From: Candidatus Bathyarchaeota archaeon
GTDB taxonomy: Archaea > Thermoproteota > Bathyarchaeia > Bathyarchaeales > Bathycorpusculaceae
Reading direction: 5' to 3'
DNA length: 64,000 bases
NCBI GenBank assembly: GCA_963827165.1
Contig: CAWGZR010000003.1
Location: 224,001 to 288,000, forward strand
Shown here: positions 40,316 to 50,772 of the stretch, one piece after another
How the letters are laid out: every line of letters starts with the position of its first letter
Numbering within the stretch: position 1 is the first letter of the stretch
The notes under the pieces: model-generated
What the model was told of the DNA's origin: nothing
The model's database searches: none
What the model saw: the letters and a program-made list of their open reading frames with translations, nothing else
Made by a program: the position numbers and the translations under genes

Positions 40316-42005
40316 TTGCCTTTATGGTTAATTTTTCTGGAACCCTAAGGTAATGCTCGAACACTGGATAATTGTCATATTCAATAGTCCAGTACTTTCT
40401 GAATTTGCTTCTCATTTCATCGTCAATGATACATGGTTCTTTTGTTTGGACATCAAGCCACATGGTTCTGCCGGGTGTTGTGTTGTCTACTACTTCACCG
40501 TCTTTAACAACGATTTTGCCGTCTTTGACAGTGTACGCTGCGTGTTTGAAGGCTTTACGTGCGATTTTGAATTGTTGGGCTATGTCGAGTTTTTCAGGGT
40601 TAATATTGAAAATTGCGACGTCGGCATCTGCGCCAACACCAAGTTGACCTTTGTTTTTAAGTCCCAAGGCTTTTGCTTGTCCAGCACGAGTCATAATGGC
40701 TATTTCGTAGAGGGACATTTCTCGGTCGATTGTGGGAAGCAGACTCTTTTTCTGGGCTTTCTTATTGCAGTGCTTAAGCGTTATTTCTCGTGCTTTCTTG
40801 CTGTATAGCCAAGCGAGAACTCGTGGGTAAGAAAAGAATGGCCCGGCGTTGGGGTGATCGGTTGTCATCATCATTTTCCAAGGATCTTTTATTAGCAGAG
40901 CTAACTCCAACCCAATGGACCATTGAAGCGCGTTCACCGGACTGTTTTTCTTGTAGTGTATAGGTATGATTCCGCCGCTGGTTTCAGTTTCGATGTCGCT
41001 ATTGACCCATTTGTTGTGGCCGCCAAGCGCGTAGAGTGAAAATTCGAAGGGCCCATCAGCGGTCATGGTTGTGGTTTCTGAGAATATAATTTGTCCCATA
41101 TCAAAGGTCATGTGATTGTGTGCGTTGATGTAGTTTGAGATTTCCTCTGATGCTGATTGGAAGTGTACCCAGCTGTCACCTGCAAAGCTTGAGAATTGCA
41201 AGTGGGTAATGTGGGCAACTGGTCTGCCATTGTATGGCACGCTTTCAAGCGCTCTCATAGTGTCCAGTGTAGTTGTGTAGTTACCGGGTATTCCCAGATT
41301 ATTTGTGTGAAGGTGAATAGAATGAGGCAAATTTAGCATCGCGTTAACTTTTGCTAAGCCGCACATGATTTCCCGCGGGGTAATGCAGAAGTTCGGCACT
41401 TGGTCATCAATACTATGGACGTTATGCCCAAAACCCCAAGACTCTAAGCCGCCTGGATTAACGATTTTAATGGCGTAACCTTTGGTTATGTCAAGCATCC
41501 AAGCGACATGTTTGGCGCATTCTTCGATATTGCCTTTTGCTAAGTTCTCCAAAACAAACCACCAGTCGCCAACTAGCGGGTAAGTGGCTTTGTCAAGCAA
41601 GGGGATGTCGTTTAATTCTTCATGGGTATGTTTAGCTTCCAAAGGCGCCATAGATGGATTCATGACAGTTGTGTAACCCATGCGGGAATATCTATAACCA
41701 GTAGTGAAAGTTGAAGGAATGGAATAACCAGTTCCGCTACGGGTCATGGCTGTTTTGCGTTCCACATCTTTAACATGGTCATCGGGACGGATTATTCTGC
41801 CAGTGTTAACTTCTCCACCAGCAATGTGGGTATGGATGTCAACGCCGCCGGGCATAACTGTTAAACCTGAAGCGTCAATCACTTGGGCTTTGGCACTGAC
41901 TTTTTGGACAATTTTGCCATTTTTGATTGCTATGTCCATTTTTTCGCCGTTGATCCCGTTTATTGGGTCAAAGACGAAGCCATTTTTTATGAGTAGTTCA
42001 GTCAT
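40308..42005 (-). CDS. fwdA: Formylmethanofuran dehydrogenase subunit A
   Basis: GGVDIHTHIAG, KIVNPGG, HLHTNNLG, TTDHPNAGP. Confidence 0.95.
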   Translation of the reverse strand: MTELLIKNGFVFDPINGINGEKMDIAIKNGKIVQKVSAKAQVIDASGLTVMPGGVDIHTHIAGGEVNTGRIIRPDDHVKDVERKTAMTRSGTGYSIPSTFTTGYRYSRMGYTTVMNPSMAPLEAKHTHEELNDIPLLDKATYPLVGDWWFVLENLAKGNIEECAKHVAWMLDITKGYAIKIVNPGGLESWGFGHNVHSIDDQVPNFCITPREIMCGLAKVNAMLNLPHSIHLHTNNLGIPGNYTTTLDTMRALESVPYNGRPVAHITHLQFSSFAGDSWVHFQSASEEISNYINAHNHMTFDMGQIIFSETTTMTADGPFEFSLYALGGHNKWVNSDIETETSGGIIPIHYKKNSPVNALQWSIGLELALLIKDPWKMMMTTDHPNAGPFFSYPRVLAWLYSKKAREITLKHCNKKAQKKSLLPTIDREMSLYEIAIMTRAGQAKALGLKNKGQLGVGADADVAIFNINPEKLDIAQQFKIARKAFKHAAYTVKDGKIVVKDGEVVDNTTPGRTMWLDVQTKEPCIIDDEMRSKFRKYWTIEYDNYPVFEHYLRVPEKLTIKASV

Positions 42006-43559
42006 TTAGGCTACCTTCGCTTTTTTTGTTTTCTTTCTTTGCTTAATTTCGATCTTAGGCGCCAGATTGTTACGTGCTTTGAGTTCAGCTTTGGTTTCGG
42101 TTTCGGGGTTTTCGGCCTTGATTGCTCGAACTTCATCAAGGATTTTCTTGAGTAACTCCTCGTCATTAAGGATTCCCGGCGGCGGTTCCACGACTTTCCG
42201 CAACATTATTGGGACGTGATCCATGCGGTAAGCTGTCCCCTCATATTCTATGCCGCACCATTGTGTTGGAAACACTACGTCGCCGAGTCGTGATATAGCG
42301 TTCATGTCGGGGTTAATCGTGATTAGGGGGTGTTTCATCAGGTTCTGAACGGCGACCTTTGGAAAGTGAGCACCTGGGTCTGCCGAGATAACTAACGTGG
42401 CGTCGTTGTCTCCGCGTCTCAGCAAATCAATGGTCGTGAATTCTCCTGGGTTATATTGTGGGTATCCTTGTGAGAAGTCTATAGCATATGGGTAACCTGT
42501 TGTCCAAGCGAAAACCACGTTTGCGCCCGTAACGTTGAAGTGTCCACGCATAGGCGATATTACGAATTTGGTTCTTCGGTTAAGATCCCTTGTTAGGGCG
42601 ATTGCTATTTCGATGTTTCTGAATCTGCCCAAGCTTTGCGTTAAGCCAAGGCCGAAGAAGATGACGCCGAAGTCGCAGTTCACCATCGCGTCTGTTACGT
42701 CTTTGAGGTATTCAACTGGGACTCCGCCGACTTTGTCAACGTCTAGTTCTTGGTCATTAACCAAGCATCTCATGGCGTCAAATACCTCGTAGTCCTTGTT
42801 TGGTTCAACTTGAATAAAGTAGTCAGCTGCCTCAGCAGTCATGGTTTTTCTCACGTCGACAACAATCAGTTTGCGCCCTGCCTTCTGCATCGTTTGCGGA
42901 GGTGCACCAACAATGCATGCCTGAGGCGCAACAGGAGGCTTATACTCATCAATCATTCGTCGGGAAGCCGCCTCCACTTTTTTGCGGCTCTGAGTGCCTT
43001 TCATTTTTTCAAGGTAACTTTTCCATTCGCTGCCCTCAAAGCGGCCGTCTGTGAAGCTGGTGTATCGTTCGAGATGCCTTGGGTGAGAAGTCCAGGGGTT
43101 GCATGCCCAGTAAACTATCAGGTCTGCACGGTGCCTGATTTGCCCAAGGGTCGCCGCGGGGATGCCGATTTCCTGAGTAGCCATAACGGATGGTCCGTGG
43201 CAAACGCTGCAACAGTTGTCTAGTGCTGAGCCTAATTCTTCTGCTAACATGACTCCGATGCGTTGTGCCTCGCTTGTTGAGCTGCTCCAGCCGAATAGCA
43301 AGGGGTACTTTGCGTCTGTGAGAATTTTGGCGGCTTTGTGTACTGCTTCATCCATTGACACGGGGACGAGTTTGCCTTCTTTGCGTATCATGGGTTTTAG
43401 AATTCGCTCTTCGCTTTTATAGCCGTGAACCATTTTTGCTTCGCATACGGAGCAGCCGTTTTTCATTTTGACGATTTCATTATTTTCGACGGTTACTTCA
43501 ATGTCGTCACATAAGCAGCCGCATATTGGACAAACAACGGATTTTATTGTTTCAGCCAT
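42006..43559 (-). CDS. fwdB: Formylmethanofuran dehydrogenase subunit B (Cys form)
   Basis: CPICGCLCDD, SVCHGPS, HPRH, PMRGHFNV, GTAYRMD. Confidence 0.95.
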   Translation of the reverse strand: MAETIKSVVCPICGCLCDDIEVTVENNEIVKMKNGCSVCEAKMVHGYKSEERILKPMIRKEGKLVPVSMDEAVHKAAKILTDAKYPLLFGWSSSTSEAQRIGVMLAEELGSALDNCCSVCHGPSVMATQEIGIPAATLGQIRHRADLIVYWACNPWTSHPRHLERYTSFTDGRFEGSEWKSYLEKMKGTQSRKKVEAASRRMIDEYKPPVAPQACIVGAPPQTMQKAGRKLIVVDVRKTMTAEAADYFIQVEPNKDYEVFDAMRCLVNDQELDVDKVGGVPVEYLKDVTDAMVNCDFGVIFFGLGLTQSLGRFRNIEIAIALTRDLNRRTKFVISPMRGHFNVTGANVVFAWTTGYPYAIDFSQGYPQYNPGEFTTIDLLRRGDNDATLVISADPGAHFPKVAVQNLMKHPLITINPDMNAISRLGDVVFPTQWCGIEYEGTAYRMDHVPIMLRKVVEPPPGILNDEELLKKILDEVRAIKAENPETETKAELKARNNLAPKIEIKQRKKTKKAKVA

Positions 43560-43565
43560 TTTAAA

Positions 43566-43967
43566 TTACCGACCATACTCCTCTTTCAAAAGTTCATCAA
43601 GCGTCAAAACAACTTGGTCTGGGGCAAGTTCCACTTCAACTGAGAAACCCTTGAACAAGGGCATGCCCATGCCGAAGGTTTCATCGCCGCAGATGGCGTT
43701 TGCCCATAAGCCACATGGGATGAAAACTATGCCGGGGTTGGAGCCGTAGGGGTTCTTTACTGCTTTGACGATGACTGAACCGTATTTTGAAGTTACTTTA
43801 ACGTTTGTTCGGCTTTTTATACCGAGTGTTTTCATGTCTGCTGCATCTATGATGCAGATTGATGAGCTGTCAAAGTACTCTTTGGAGCCTTTCCCCATCT
43901 CTTTTCCTACGCCTTGATCGATTGTTCTACCTGTAATTAAAATTGCACGTAGCTTTTGCTCTACCAT
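43566..43967 (-). CDS. fwdD: Formylmethanofuran dehydrogenase subunit D
   Basis: LITGRTIDQG, FIPCGLWAN, GMPLFKG. Confidence 0.93.
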   Translation of the reverse strand: MVEQKLRAILITGRTIDQGVGKEMGKGSKEYFDSSSICIIDAADMKTLGIKSRTNVKVTSKYGSVIVKAVKNPYGSNPGIVFIPCGLWANAICGDETFGMGMPLFKGFSVEVELAPDQVVLTLDELLKEEYGR

Positions 43968-44354
43968 GGTCTACGACCTACCCAATAGGAGTTTATAGAG
44001 TTATATTTAAAATTAAGTTAAATAAAAGTTTAAAATCCACCTGAAATATGGCAAATTGCAATGCTCAAACGAGTCATGTAAGCCACAGGCAACTTGGTTG
44101 CACTCGTGTTTAGTTTTCTCTTATGTTGTTCATGCCCCAAAAACGAACCCTAAATACCCGGAATAAAAACACCTACCAAAAAGCAATAATCGAAATTAAT
44201 AAACGAAAAACATCGCAAAATGGTCCAATAGAGAGACATTGGACGATTGACACATTCTTTCTAAGATTGAGGTCAAGCGTTAAAGATATTTATCCTTAAA
44301 CGCTTATTAATTCAACAGGTAAAATAGCACTTAACGCTAAGGTGATATGGGAAA

Positions 44355-45722
44355 ATGAGAAATTTTAAAGATGCATCTTGGAAAGAAAGCGTAACCAAAG
44401 TTGTTCAGCAGATTCAAGAGCAAGACATCAAGTATGTCCGGCTTCAATTCACCGACATTAACGGCATGCTCAAGAACCTAGCCGTAAGCTCAAAAAACCT
44501 GGAAACGATTTTTGAAAACGGGCAATCCTTCGACGGCTCCTCCATCACGGGTTACCGGCCAATAGAAGAGTCAGACATGGTCCTCTACCCTGACCCCACA
44601 ACTTTTGCCGTTGTACCATGGAGACCTAAAGAGAAATCCAGCGCCAGATTGATCTGCGACATTTACACTCCTCAAAACAAACGCTTTGACGGCGACCCAC
44701 GCTTCGTACTGGAACGTGTCACGGACAAAGCAACGCATGCAGGCTTCACGTTTTTCTGTGCGCCTGAACTCGAGTTTTTCATCGTGAAAGAAAGCGAGGA
44801 GAAAGGAGTGTCGCCGACGCCGATTGACATGGCAGGCTATTTTGATTTTCACCCTGGCGACTTAACTGATGATTTACGCAGGGAAATAGCTGACACAGCG
44901 GAAGCGTTCGGCATAGAAATTGAAATTTCTCACCATGAAGTAGCGTTGGGACAGAACGAGATTGATTTCAAGTATGACGAAGCATTAAAAACGGCTGACC
45001 GAACAATAACGATGAAGATGTGCGGCAAAGTCGTCGGCGCAAGGAACGGCTACGTCACAACCTATATGCCTAAACCATTCAGCGGCATAAATGGGTCAGG
45101 AATGCACACTCACCAAAGCCTCTGGAACAAAGAGGCAACACAAAACCTCTTCTATGCCAACGACGAAAAAAACGGATTCCTGTCAGACCTAGCGCGCAAC
45201 TTCATCGGCGGACAGCTGGCCCACGGACGAAAAATGTGCGCGGTCCTTGATTCATGGCCAAACAGCTTCAAACGTCTGGTTCCAGGTTACGAAGCACCCG
45301 TCTACCTTGCTTGGGCACACAAAAACCGCTCGCCACTCATCCGCGTACCCAATTTCGGCGGACGCAAGAACGCTGCACGATGCGAAATCCGAAATCCAGA
45401 CGGCGCAGGAAACCCATATCTCCAGTTTGCAGTGCTTCTAGCAACAGGTTTAGACGGCATCAAAAACAGAATTGACCCAGGCGATCCGGTGGAGCTCAAT
45501 GTTTACCAGATGACATATGAGGAACGCAAGGAACGAAACATCGTTTCACTGCCCGAGTCACTACAAGAAGCCTTAGACGAGTTTGAGACCAGCGACCTGA
45601 TGAAGGAAACACTCGGTGAAACTGCCTTTGAGAATTTTCTACGGGAAAAACGTCGGGAATGGGATCTCTACCGCACACAAGTAACCGACTGGGAAGTAAA
45701 CCGCTACATCAAACGGCTCTAG
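44355..45722 (+). CDS. glnA: Glutamine synthetase type I (alpha-like)
   Basis: FDGSSITG..IEESDM, HHEVALGQNEID, NGSGMHTHQS, KRLVPGYEAP. Confidence 0.93.
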   Translation: MRNFKDASWKESVTKVVQQIQEQDIKYVRLQFTDINGMLKNLAVSSKNLETIFENGQSFDGSSITGYRPIEESDMVLYPDPTTFAVVPWRPKEKSSARLICDIYTPQNKRFDGDPRFVLERVTDKATHAGFTFFCAPELEFFIVKESEEKGVSPTPIDMAGYFDFHPGDLTDDLRREIADTAEAFGIEIEISHHEVALGQNEIDFKYDEALKTADRTITMKMCGKVVGARNGYVTTYMPKPFSGINGSGMHTHQSLWNKEATQNLFYANDEKNGFLSDLARNFIGGQLAHGRKMCAVLDSWPNSFKRLVPGYEAPVYLAWAHKNRSPLIRVPNFGGRKNAARCEIRNPDGAGNPYLQFAVLLATGLDGIKNRIDPGDPVELNVYQMTYEERKERNIVSLPESLQEALDEFETSDLMKETLGETAFENFLREKRREWDLYRTQVTDWEVNRYIKRL

Positions 45723-45953
45723 ATCAAAAAACTTCCCGCGTTTGCTCTATTTTCCTAAATTTTGTAAGCGAAAATTTCAAAGCACTTCTGATCTTTGCTG
45801 TTTAGAAAATTTTCGTTGACTAAGGGGGATTGTTCGTTGACGTGCTTTGTTTCATAGCCTATTCATACGTTTTATTGAATACCCTAAAAAGATCACAAAG
45901 AAGAAACAATAACCAATAGGGCAATTGTCAGAAGGAGAAAGTTGGGTAAAGCC

Positions 45954-46070
45954 TTAAAACTTTACTTCGTTGAGTACATTCCTGTGGTTTCTCATTCTGT
46001 GCTCTTGCAGTTGTTTCGGGTTAATGCATTCAGTTTTGCATATTGGGCACGGGTAGGTTATCGGAAGCAT
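45954..46070 (-). CDS. 38-aa C2H2 zinc-finger microprotein (not in ORF track)
   Basis: MLPITYPCPICKTECINPKQLQEHRMRNHRNVLNEVKF*, which is C-x2-C-x12-H-x4-H. GAGGAG SD upstream. Confidence 0.75.
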   Translation of the reverse strand: MLPITYPCPICKTECINPKQLQEHRMRNHRNVLNEVKF

Positions 46071-46179
46071 TAAATCATACTCCTCATTTTGAGCTTAGAA
46101 ATCTACAATGGCTAATAAGGCTTACATGCGTAAGATATATAGACTCTAAAAAACAAAAATCCATCCTTCAAAAAAGTTT

Positions 46180-46344
46180 TCATCTATTTCTGAAGGACGC
46201 TTCGAAAACGAAAACGTTAATTATGGCACACCCAGTTATCCAAAGTGAAATCGCGCAGACCATAAAGTCGAAAAAAGCTGGTACAAAACCAAAAATCAGG
46301 AATAGGAGAGCACAGAAAATTAAGGTTGTTCGATTTAAGTTCAA
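46180..46344 (-). CDS. Possible 54-aa two-helix membrane protein
   Basis: TTG start, (M)NLNRTTLIFCALLFLIFGFVPAFFDFMVCAISLWITGCAIINVFVFEASFRNR*. Confidence 0.35.
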   Translation of the reverse strand: MNLNRTTLIFCALLFLIFGFVPAFFDFMVCAISLWITGCAIINVFVFEASFRNR

Positions 46345-46687
46345 GTTTTTTGGCAGATTTGACCCAACTTTGAAAGCTTTTCAATAATTTGTTGGGAGAT
46401 CAGCAGAAATAAGGCTTATGAATTGAAAATATACTTACTATATAGAAAGAAGATTTCCTATTCAAAAATTAGAAGTCGAGAACTTTTATTATTCAAATAA
46501 ATTCAGGTTGGATCTCTACAAAAATATTCCAGCTAAATCAACCAAGGTATGGACCGGCAAAGGTTAGAACTATGCTCAAAAGCAAAGTTTTTAGGGTTAC
46601 TATCAGGTTAGCGCTTCTTTATCTATCGTTCCAAATGATTTTACAAGATTTCTTCAAACGGTCTAACAATTTTTCTCAGATGCCTGC

Positions 46688-49600
46688 TTAACATTTTTCG
46701 ACATAAGAAACAGAGTTCTTTGGCATCGATATTACGAATTTTGCCCCTTCGTTTTGTTTGCCCTCTTCAGTTATTGTCCATCCATAGATATCCATCATTT
46801 TCCTTATGAAGAATAGACCAAAGCCTGTGCTGCCACCTGTACTGAATCCCTCCGTAAAGAGCCTTCCTTTGTTCTCAGCCGAAATGCCAACGCCGTCATC
46901 CTCATAAATCAACCGTAGCCTATTCGATTCTGTGTCTTCAACACATATTTTTGCAGTAGTTGCTTTAACACTGTACTTTCTTGTATTATCTATGAAATTA
47001 TAGAACATTTGCCTAAGGAACGAATCCGCAAACACTTTGATTTCATGAACGTCGTTATAATCTTAAATTTTAAACCTTTGAAAAGAGATGTAGCCTCATC
47101 AACAGCTTTTCCCACTTCGATGTAAGTTAGCTTTTCAACGCCAAGTTTCTCGTACATTTTAGAGAACTCAAATATTTTCGTCGAATCCGTTACTGCCTGC
47201 TCAATTTTTTCCAAGCTCTCCAGAATATCCGGTTGATCCTTATGCTTTTTCTTAAGCAAATAAGCATAGCCGTTCACAGCTGACAACTTATTACAAACAT
47301 CATGCCTAGTTAAGCTACCTACAACACGCAACTTTTCATTCATAGCTTCAACACTCTTTTGTTCTCCTCTCAGTTTTTGCTCGGCTTTTTTGCGCTCAGT
47401 TATATCGCTAAACATTGAGATGTTGGCCAAATGATTTCCAGCTTCGTCAATTAATGGTGAAGCATTACAGGCAGCCCATAAAACAGAACCGTCTTTACGA
47501 CAGAACTCAAATTCACGATACTGAGTCCGATTGTTATCCAAGTTATTTCTCATATGCAGAGTCTGTCTTTGCTGTTCTTCTTTTGACATTAGCTCAAAGC
47601 TTGATTTACTTAGAAGTTCGTCAATCGTGTAGCCAAACATTTGAGCCAGCCTATTGTTGACAAATATATGGGTACCTTCAGGTTTGGCGATGACTATACC
47701 TTCCGCTGAAGTTTCAACAAGTGTACGATACAATCGCTCACTTTCAGCCAACGTTTCCTCAGCTTTCTTGCGCTCCGAAATATTTCTGACGACGTCTACA
47801 AATCCTACGGCTTGACCCTTTTCGTCGGTTACGAGTGATGTTGATACTTCTATCTGAAATTCCGAGCGATCATTTCTTAATCCAGTAAATTCACCCAGAT
47901 AGCTTTGACCGGTTTTCAAACATTCCAAAGAGCTTTGAATCACTCGCGGGTGGTCACGTTCAGCTATAAACTCAAGAACATGTTTTCCAACTATGTCTTT
48001 TACGTTGGCATAGCCAGACATTTCTAAGAGTGCGTCATTGACATAAGTAATATTGCCACTTGGGTCACCTATAACAATGCCATCATTTGTTTTTTGGATT
48101 GCAAGAGAATACATCTTCAATTCTTTTTCAGCTTTCTTGCGTTCAGAAATGTCTCTTGCAATTGCTAAATGTGCCGCCTTTCCATGATAGGTGATAAGGC
48201 TTGTGCTGATCTCGACTGAGATTTTTTCTTTATCTTTGGTTGTGTGTTCTGTTTCAAAAATTTGTGTCCTAGCAGAAGACTCATTATCCATAAGATTCTT
48301 GACCTGTTGTAGGCTCAGAAAATTATCAATGTCCTTAATTCCTAAAGATAGCACTTCTTCTTTGGAATAGCCTAAAGATTTGACAGCGGCATCGTTTACG
48401 TCGACAAAGTTTCCTTTAAAATCAATAACCCAAACTGATTCGCCCATGCCGTTGATCAAGTTTTTGTAATTCGCCTCGCTCTCAATTAAGGCGGCTTCAG
48501 CGCTTTTCCTTTCAGTAATATCTTCGCAGAAAGCAAATAATCTTCCATCAGGTAATCTGCGGGAAAATAAACTTACATAAATTATTGTGCCGTCTTTTTT
48601 TCTAAGTTTCATATCTTCCGAAAAATGGCCGTTTTTCTTGAGTTCATTAAATCTAATACTATGCGTGTTATCTTTGGGAACAATTTGATTGACGGTCATG
48701 CTTAACAATTCTTCTTTTGAGTAACCGAGCATTTTTACGGCGGCGTCATTCACGTAAAGATATTTGCCGTCAGGATCGGCAGTGAAAACCGAGATTGGAC
48801 AACCCTCCAAATAAGCTTCAAAAGTGGCCTTCGAAAGTGCCAGAGCTTCCTCAGCTTTTTTTCTTTCAGAAATATCTCTTATTATTGTGCTATGGCTTAA
48901 AGTACCATCTGAATCTATAAACGTTCCAAAAGAGGTTTCAGCAACGAAGGTTGATCCATCTTTACGTTTATAATTGACTTCGACCAATGCGCGACCTATT
49001 TTTTCTCGGTCTATCAAGGCCGAAGCAAGCTTCTCGTCCATAATAGCAATTCCATCGCGTCTAGTCTGCTTTATTTCAGTTTCATTCATTCCAAACATTC
49101 TGCAAGTAGCGGGGTTTGCTGAAAGAATAGTGCCGTCGGGCTTAGTCAACAAAACAGCATCAAAACTGTTCTCATAAAAAGAACGAAAACGAAACTCACT
49201 GCTCTTAATCAACTCTTCAGCTTTCTTGCAATCGGTAATATCTCTAATTATAAGTAAAATAGCGTAAGGCTGATGTTTTGAATTGTAGATTACAGTGGAT
49301 TTGGCAGAGCGGCATCTCCATGACTCGTCACGATGTTTAACGCGATACTCAGAAGATCCACTTCCAGTTTTCAAAAGCTCGCGCAGTTTCTCTTTGAGAA
49401 TTGGGACATCGTCAGGGTGAACTCTGGCAAACCCGTCTATGCCTAATAGTTCGCTTTCCTCAAAGCCCAAGCTTTTGTAATATGCAGGGTTCCTGTAAAT
49501 CTGCTTTCCTGTTAGATCAGTAAGCATGATAGCGTCTTCCGCGTTTTCAACCAACGCACGATATTTAGCCACAGAGTCCGCAAGATCCGCCTCCGCCTTT

Positions 49601-50391
49601 TTACGTTCTGTAATATCCGTGATTGATCCTTCGATGTTTCCTTGTTCGGGGTAAAGTTTTGCGGAAGTTAGACATGTCCTAACCCCTTGTTGTTTGTTCA
49701 GCATTTTGCATTCAAAATCTTTAACATACCCTTTGGCCAGAAGGAGGCTCACCAATTCCTGACGCTGATGCGGGTCAGCCCAAAAATTGACAGGCGGTTT
49801 TCCTTTCAGCTCTTCAGGGGTAAGACCAAGAATGCTTAGGTATTTCTCGTTGAAGTCAAGAAATTCAGACCCATCCAACCTTATCCTGAACATTCCAACT
49901 TCAGAATTGTTGAAAAATATTTGATATTTCAACTCTCGCTCAATTAACTCTTGTTTGGCTTTCCAGTGTTCCACGCCCAGTTTTATGCCGTGTGCAAGTT
50001 CGCCATAGACGGTCTCGGGATTACCCTGCTTATTGAAATATCCGGTGGCACCAAGGTTTAGAGCTTTTATCGCTACTTCTTCTCTGCCTTTGCCAGTAAA
50101 CAGTACAAAAGGAATTTCGTTTTTAGCTTCACGTAGCTCTCTCAAGAACTGTAAGCCATCTTTCTGGGGCATCTCATAATCAGAAACAACAATATCATAT
50201 TTGCCAGCTGACAATTTCTTGAAGGCTTCATCCACGCAAAATGCTTGGTCAATTTCAAAACTGGTGTCCATGTCAAGCAGAATCTGCTTTGAAATCTCCA
50301 AGATTGAAGCGTCATCGTCAACGTGCAAAATGCTGATTAGATTTTTGAGGTTGCCAAATCCGTTTGAAGCCCCGCTTGAAGACTCAGACAA
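46688..50391 (-). CDS. Hybrid sensor kinase REC-7xPAS-HisKA-HATPase (frameshift near 47050)
   Basis: HVDDD/SDYEMP receiver, seven PAS/PAC units ending DI(S/T)ERKK, RHDVCNKL H-box. HATPase (NFIDNT, DDGVGI, GFGLF) is in the adjacent frame. Confidence 0.9.
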
Positions 50392-50772
50392 ATCTCTTAC
50401 CAGCCTCTAAACAAAGGTTTTATGAATGTTAATATGATTTGTGCGCAGCCCACTAACACACACAAGATTTTCCTATTCCCAACAATAACCCATAGATTTC
50501 TTGCCTGAAGCTCATTTTACGTTTAGCTCGAAATAGAAGCTAATTCAACTTGAATTTTTCCTTAATGTTCTTCACAATTTTTGGTTGGAGGTTCTTCATT
50601 TTCCAGAGTATTGTCAGAATCTACGTGCTTATCATCGCTCTTAAACAGAATAAGAAAACTAAAAAACTCTAACAACAGACGAAGCATGAATTATGAATTT
50701 TTATGGATTAGAAGCGTTAGCGGTAAAAAGAGAGCAAAAAAGAAAGAAAAAATATTGTTGATATTTCCCGAC

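Noticed and set aside
22929-43559. Selenoproteins or SECIS elements in the selD and fwd region
   Set aside because: SelD, DsrE, TusA, the double-cubane protein and FwdB all use Cys codons at the relevant sites. No convincing SECIS was found.
46043-46387. 114-aa plus-strand ORF
   Set aside because: No motifs. It overlaps the better-supported minus-strand small ORFs.
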